Program-made: the position numbers and the translations under genes
Part shown: piece after piece, positions 60,145 through 64,000 of the stretch
Layout of the letters: each line of letters opens with the position of its first letter
Numbering within the stretch: the stretch's first letter is position 1
NCBI GenBank assembly: GCA_965263035.1
Contig: OZ253580.1
Span: 4,288,001 to 4,352,000, forward strand
Direction: 5' to 3'
DNA: 64,000 bases
Source of the DNA: Acidobacteriota bacterium
GTDB lineage: Bacteria > Acidobacteriota > UBA6911 > RPQK01 > JAJDTT01
The notes under the pieces: model-generated
What the model was told of the DNA's origin: nothing
Seen by the model: the letters and a program-made list of their open reading frames with translations, nothing else
Databases searched by the model: none

Positions 60145-60168
60145 AAGATCTCTCAGTATCATTGCGGA

Positions 60169-60549
60169 ATGCAGATATCGGAGATCGCAGACGTCATTCG
60201 CCGGGAATTGGAACGCCGTGGAACCAACGCGTACCGGGCAGCAGTGGATGCTGGGCTCCCCCAGAACGCCATCCGATCCGTTCTCAGGGGTCGAGAACCC
60301 GGAAGCGAACGCTTGGCCGAAATCTGTCAGGCGCTGGAACTCGAATTCTACGTCGGGCCGCCGAAAAGTCATCACGAGGAGACGATCCAGGAGGTGAGCA
60401 GGACCCCGGAGTCGGTGGCCGAGGACCCTCGGTGGGTGACCCAGCTCCATGCCGGGTTGCAGGAACTGAAAGCCCAGTTGGCCTCTTCGCAAGCCGAAAT
60501 CGAGGCGTTGCGCCGGCAGATCGGTCATTATCTTCGTGATTCGCAATGA
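60169..60549 (+). CDS. XRE/Cro-like HTH protein with C-terminal coiled coil
   Basis: AYRAAVDAGLPQNAIRSVLRGREPGSERLAEICQAL HTH pattern; LQELKAQLASSQAEIEALRRQ heptads. Confidence 0.75.
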   Translation: MQISEIADVIRRELERRGTNAYRAAVDAGLPQNAIRSVLRGREPGSERLAEICQALELEFYVGPPKSHHEETIQEVSRTPESVAEDPRWVTQLHAGLQELKAQLASSQAEIEALRRQIGHYLRDSQ

Positions 60550-60675
60550 AGATGGCGTCGTCATCAAGAGAGCGGAGAAGGACAAGAGGGAAAACTGGTT
60601 GCTGACGAGCGATCATCCCGCTTTGAAGCCGGAACCGTTCCGTAGCCTTGACCGGCGTAGTTTCGGAGGGATCCC

Positions 60676-61314
60676 ATGATTCGGACTGCCGGCGCGGTTC
60701 TTACCATCGGCCATTCCAATCACGCTCTGGACGCGTTCATCGAGCTCCTGCGGCAACACCGGGTCAACGCCCTGGCCGACGTTCGCTCGGCGCCGTACAG
60801 CCGCTTCAATCCGCAGTTCAACCGGGAGTCGTTGGCTGCCTCCCTCAAGGCAGAGGGGATCGCGTACGTGTATCTGGGGCGGGAGTTGGGCGGCCGGTCC
60901 GGCAACCGCGACTGCTACGACGGCGAGGGGCGCATCCGCTATGACCGGGTCGCCGCAACCGAGTCGTTCCGGCGCGGACTCGATCGCGTCGTGGATGGCG
61001 CCGCCAGGCGCCGCATCGCCCTCATGTGCGCGGAGAAGGAGCCGCTCCACTGCCACCGGACGCTCCTGGTCGCCCACGAGCTGGACAAACGCGGCGTCGG
61101 CGTTGACCACATTCACGCCGACGGCCGGCTGGAGTCCCACGATGACGCCATGGATCGCCTGGTCGAGCTCGCCGGCCTGGGGCTTGACGGCCATCTGTTT
61201 CGCCGGGCGCAACCTCGGGCGGAGCTGATCGCCGAGGCCGTGGAACGGCAAGCCAAGCGTGCCGGCTTCGTGGACAGACATCTGGCCGCCGCTTCCAACG
61301 AATCGGGACGGTGA
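60676..61314 (+). CDS. DUF488-family protein
   Basis: TIGHSN, DVRS.PYS, ELGG and LMCAEK.P..CHR motifs. Confidence 0.9.
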   Translation: MIRTAGAVLTIGHSNHALDAFIELLRQHRVNALADVRSAPYSRFNPQFNRESLAASLKAEGIAYVYLGRELGGRSGNRDCYDGEGRIRYDRVAATESFRRGLDRVVDGAARRRIALMCAEKEPLHCHRTLLVAHELDKRGVGVDHIHADGRLESHDDAMDRLVELAGLGLDGHLFRRAQPRAELIAEAVERQAKRAGFVDRHLAAASNESGR

Positions 61315-61339
61315 ATCCGTCCGTCCGCTCTCGCGCCGG

Positions 61340-62245
61340 CTAGGAGTCGGCGGCTCCCCTCCGCAGGTGGAGACACCAGGTGATGGGGGCCAGAGGAGGC
61401 AGGTCGCTTCGTCCTGCCACATACCTGCGATGGTGATCGGCCGGCGAGTCGTTCCGGACGATTTCCCAGAGGTTGCCCGGGTTCAGCACGGCGCCGACTT
61501 GGGCCGGGTCGAAGCGCGAGATCATGGGCTCGCCCTGTTTCTCCACAAGCGCCATCAGCCGGGCGAAGAGATCACGATCTCCCGGCGGCACGCGCTCGGC
61601 CGCGATCAGGTAGTCGAATACCAGTTCCGATCCCGGACTTGCGATCTCCGCCAAACGATCCAGATTTTCGAGGATGGAGGCCCGGGTGAGATAGTAGGTG
61701 ACTCCCATCCAGTTGAAGAATGATCGTGGACCGAGATCGAAACCGGCCGCAGTGAGCGCGTTTCGAAGATCGCCGCTCTCGAAGTCGAAGGGGACGAGGT
61801 TCAATCGAGCGGGAAGCTTCAGGTTCGCGGCGGCAAGTCGTTCTCTCTTCAGGCGGATCATCGCCGCGCGGTCGACTTCGAATACGGCCAGGTCCAGGTC
61901 CGGACGCCGGAACGCGAAAGAATCGAAGCCGGAGCCCAGGATCACGTACTGAGTCACGCCGTTGCGGGCCGCGGCTTCGAGAGCGTCTTCGGCGAACCGG
62001 GCGCGGGTCAGTTGCTGGATGCTGATGGGCATGAGTTTCTTCATGACGATCTTCGAGAGCACCCAGTCGAGCCAACGCGACGAGATGATCCTCCGCCACC
62101 GGTCTCCCAGTAGATGGATGGCGAAGGGGTCTTCGAAAATATGGGGTTTCCGGTGCCGGAGAAGATGCCGGGCGCGGCTCACCGCCGCGAGTTCGGCGGT
62201 GCGGCTGCCGCCGGTCCGGACATGATCGATCGATGTAATCGGCAC
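61340..62245 (-). CDS. SAM-dependent methyltransferase, LCM-like
   Basis: SRTA, FEDPFA, QYVILGSGFDS.A.R, FEVD and W.GVTYYL motifs. Confidence 0.88.
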   Translation of the reverse strand: MPITSIDHVRTGGSRTAELAAVSRARHLLRHRKPHIFEDPFAIHLLGDRWRRIISSRWLDWVLSKIVMKKLMPISIQQLTRARFAEDALEAAARNGVTQYVILGSGFDSFAFRRPDLDLAVFEVDRAAMIRLKRERLAAANLKLPARLNLVPFDFESGDLRNALTAAGFDLGPRSFFNWMGVTYYLTRASILENLDRLAEIASPGSELVFDYLIAAERVPPGDRDLFARLMALVEKQGEPMISRFDPAQVGAVLNPGNLWEIVRNDSPADHHRRYVAGRSDLPPLAPITWCLHLRRGAADS

Positions 62246-62528
62246 GGCTCCCTTTCGTCCGGCTGGGTCTTGATCGGTGCGGCGTCATTGTATCTTGCAT
62301 GAGTTGGGCCGGCACCTCATTGGTCCTGGCGGCAGGCGGGAACTTGACACCCTGAAGCGGCGCCGAAGGGTGGGTTACAAGCAGGCGTCATTGCAGTAAA
62401 CTTTTCAACCAGGGTCCGATGGTTACGGGCCCGGGCCCTGCCGGACGCGCCGGTGCCGGGACGCATCCCCGGCCGGGCGTCCGAACGTTACGCCGGGGAC
62501 CCTCGGGTTCCGGGAAGGTGAGAGAGTT

Positions 62529-64000
62529 ATGCCGGTTTTTCGACGCTTCGCGTGGGTTTTTCTGCTGATCCTCTGGAGGTCCGTGGCGGCGCCCCTCGCC
62601 GCCGAGACCGGCGGGGATGTGTTCCGGGAGTTGGCGGACGAATACCGGGATCGGATCCGGCCACTGACCCGGCAGTTTTGCCTGGAGTGCCATTCCACCG
62701 AGAAACAGGTGGGCGAGTTGGATCTGGAGCAGTTCGCGACACTGTCCGAGGTGAGGCGCGGGACCAGGTCGTGGCTCAAGGTCATCGAGATGCTGGACAA
62801 TGGCGAGATGCCGCCCGGGTTCGCCAAGCAGCCGGCGCCCGGACAGCGGCTGCTGCTCAGGGACTGGGTGGATCGCTACCTCCAGGCCGAGTCATTGGCC
62901 CATGCCGGCGATCCGGGTCCCGTCGTCCTGAGGCGGCTCAACAACGCCGAGTACACCTACACCATTCGCGATCTGACGGGTATCGATCTGGACCCGGCCC
63001 GGCAGTTCCCCACCGACAGTGCGGCCGGCGAAGGTTTCACCAACACCGGGAACGCCCTGGTCATGTCGCCGGCGCTGCTGAGCAAGTACCTGGACGCCGG
63101 CAAGGAGATCGCCAGCCACGCAGTGCTGCTGCCGGACGGGTTCCGGTTCTCGGCCAAGTCCACAAGGCGCGACTGGACCGACGAGGTCCTGGCCCGGATC
63201 CGCGGTCTTTACGGACGGTACGTGGAGACGGCGGACTTCGGGGTCGGTTCGGCCGTAGGCAACCTCGCCGTTCACGGGGACACCCGAATCGGGTTGGCCG
63301 GACTGCTGCCCCTGGAGAAGTACCTGTCCGCCACTCTGTCGGAACGGGACGCTCTCCGAAGTGGCCGGAAGGACATCCGGACCGTCGCCCGGGAACATGG
63401 TTTGAGCGCCAAGTACCTGGACACCCTCTGGACCCATCTTTCGGCCCCTGAGTCCACTCTGGTGCTGAACGACCTGCGGGCCGAATGGCAGAGCGCCGGG
63501 CCGGAAGACGCCTCCTCGCTGGCCAGCCGGATCAGAGACTGGCAGAAGGGTCTCTGGACCTTCGGACCCGTGGGTCTCATCGGGCGGAAAGGTGGGCCGA
63601 CGCGGTGGATGGAGCCGGTGAATCCTCTGGTCACGGAGAAGACAGTCTGTTTCTCCGTTCCTGAGTTCGTGGACGGTTACGAGCCGAGGGATGTCATCTT
63701 TTCGCTGGTGGTGGGTGATGCCGGTGACGGAAACGGCAACGATTTCGTGGTGTGGCAGGAACCGCGCCTGGTGGCGCACGGGCGGCCCGGCATTCTCCTG
63801 CGCGACGTGAGAAGACTGGCCCGCTCGTTGGACGGGGAGTCTTCGGACGCCGCTTCCGAATGGGGACTGGACCCGGAACTGTTCGGCAGGCACCCGGACG
63901 GCCGTGCCATCGACGCCGACTCGCTCTGTGTCCAGGCACCGTCGGTGATTCAGATCCGTCTTCCGGGCCGTCTCCTTGCCGGCTACGACTTCGTCACCAC
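62529..64000 (+). CDS. Planctomycete-type cytochrome c / DUF1587-DUF1592 protein, truncated by the window end
   Basis: Hand translation from ATG 62529: signal peptide, FCLECH haem motif, GEMPP, LRRLNNAEYTYTIRDLTG and GEGFTNTG. Confidence 0.85.
   Translation, partial: MPVFRRFAWVFLLILWRSVAAPLAAETGGDVFRELADEYRDRIRPLTRQFCLECHSTEKQVGELDLEQFATLSEVRRGTRSWLKVIEMLDNGEMPPGFAKQPAPGQRLLLRDWVDRYLQAESLAHAGDPGPVVLRRLNNAEYTYTIRDLTGIDLDPARQFPTDSAAGEGFTNTGNALVMSPALLSKYLDAGKEIASHAVLLPDGFRFSAKSTRRDWTDEVLARIRGLYGRYVETADFGVGSAVGNLAVHGDTRIGLAGLLPLEKYLSATLSERDALRSGRKDIRTVAREHGLSAKYLDTLWTHLSAPESTLVLNDLRAEWQSAGPEDASSLASRIRDWQKGLWTFGPVGLIGRKGGPTRWMEPVNPLVTEKTVCFSVPEFVDGYEPRDVIFSLVVGDAGDGNGNDFVVWQEPRLVAHGRPGILLRDVRRLARSLDGESSDAASEWGLDPELFGRHPDGRAIDADSLCVQAPSVIQIRLPGRLLAGYDFVT

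Noticed and set aside
60169-60549. Prophage
   Set aside because: There is only a lone HTH gene; no integrase, structural or replication genes are nearby.

Overview
High-GC bacterial window; the gene content (GWxTD, CRTAC1, TonB-dependent receptor, NHL/TPR/FN3 proteins, DUF433 toxin-antitoxin pair, IS1595) suggests an Acidobacteriota-like, possibly host-associated organism (inference only). It is mostly accessory catabolic and secreted genes: glycoside-hydrolase-like proteins, amidases, dipeptidases, SDRs and Kelch proteins. The best find is a 630-nt ORF-less group IIC intron (45395-46024). It sits in the conserved foot of a REP-like palindrome, its EBS1 (GAGC) matches the repeat (GCTC), and empty target sites of the same repeat family occur at about 35.9 kb. 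Other notable structures: a complete IS1595 element (24-bp IRs, 8-bp TSD) carrying a methyltransferase remnant; a tandem-duplicated [Tat lipoprotein + TonB receptor] module in which each copy has lost a different gene; a toxin-antitoxin cassette bracketed by a duplicated amidase 3' end; two further tandem paralog pairs; two frameshifted genes; and a perfect 14-bp inverted repeat upstream of an HTH gene. No rRNA, tRNA or CRISPR array was seen. All family assignments come from motif recognition by eye, not database searches.
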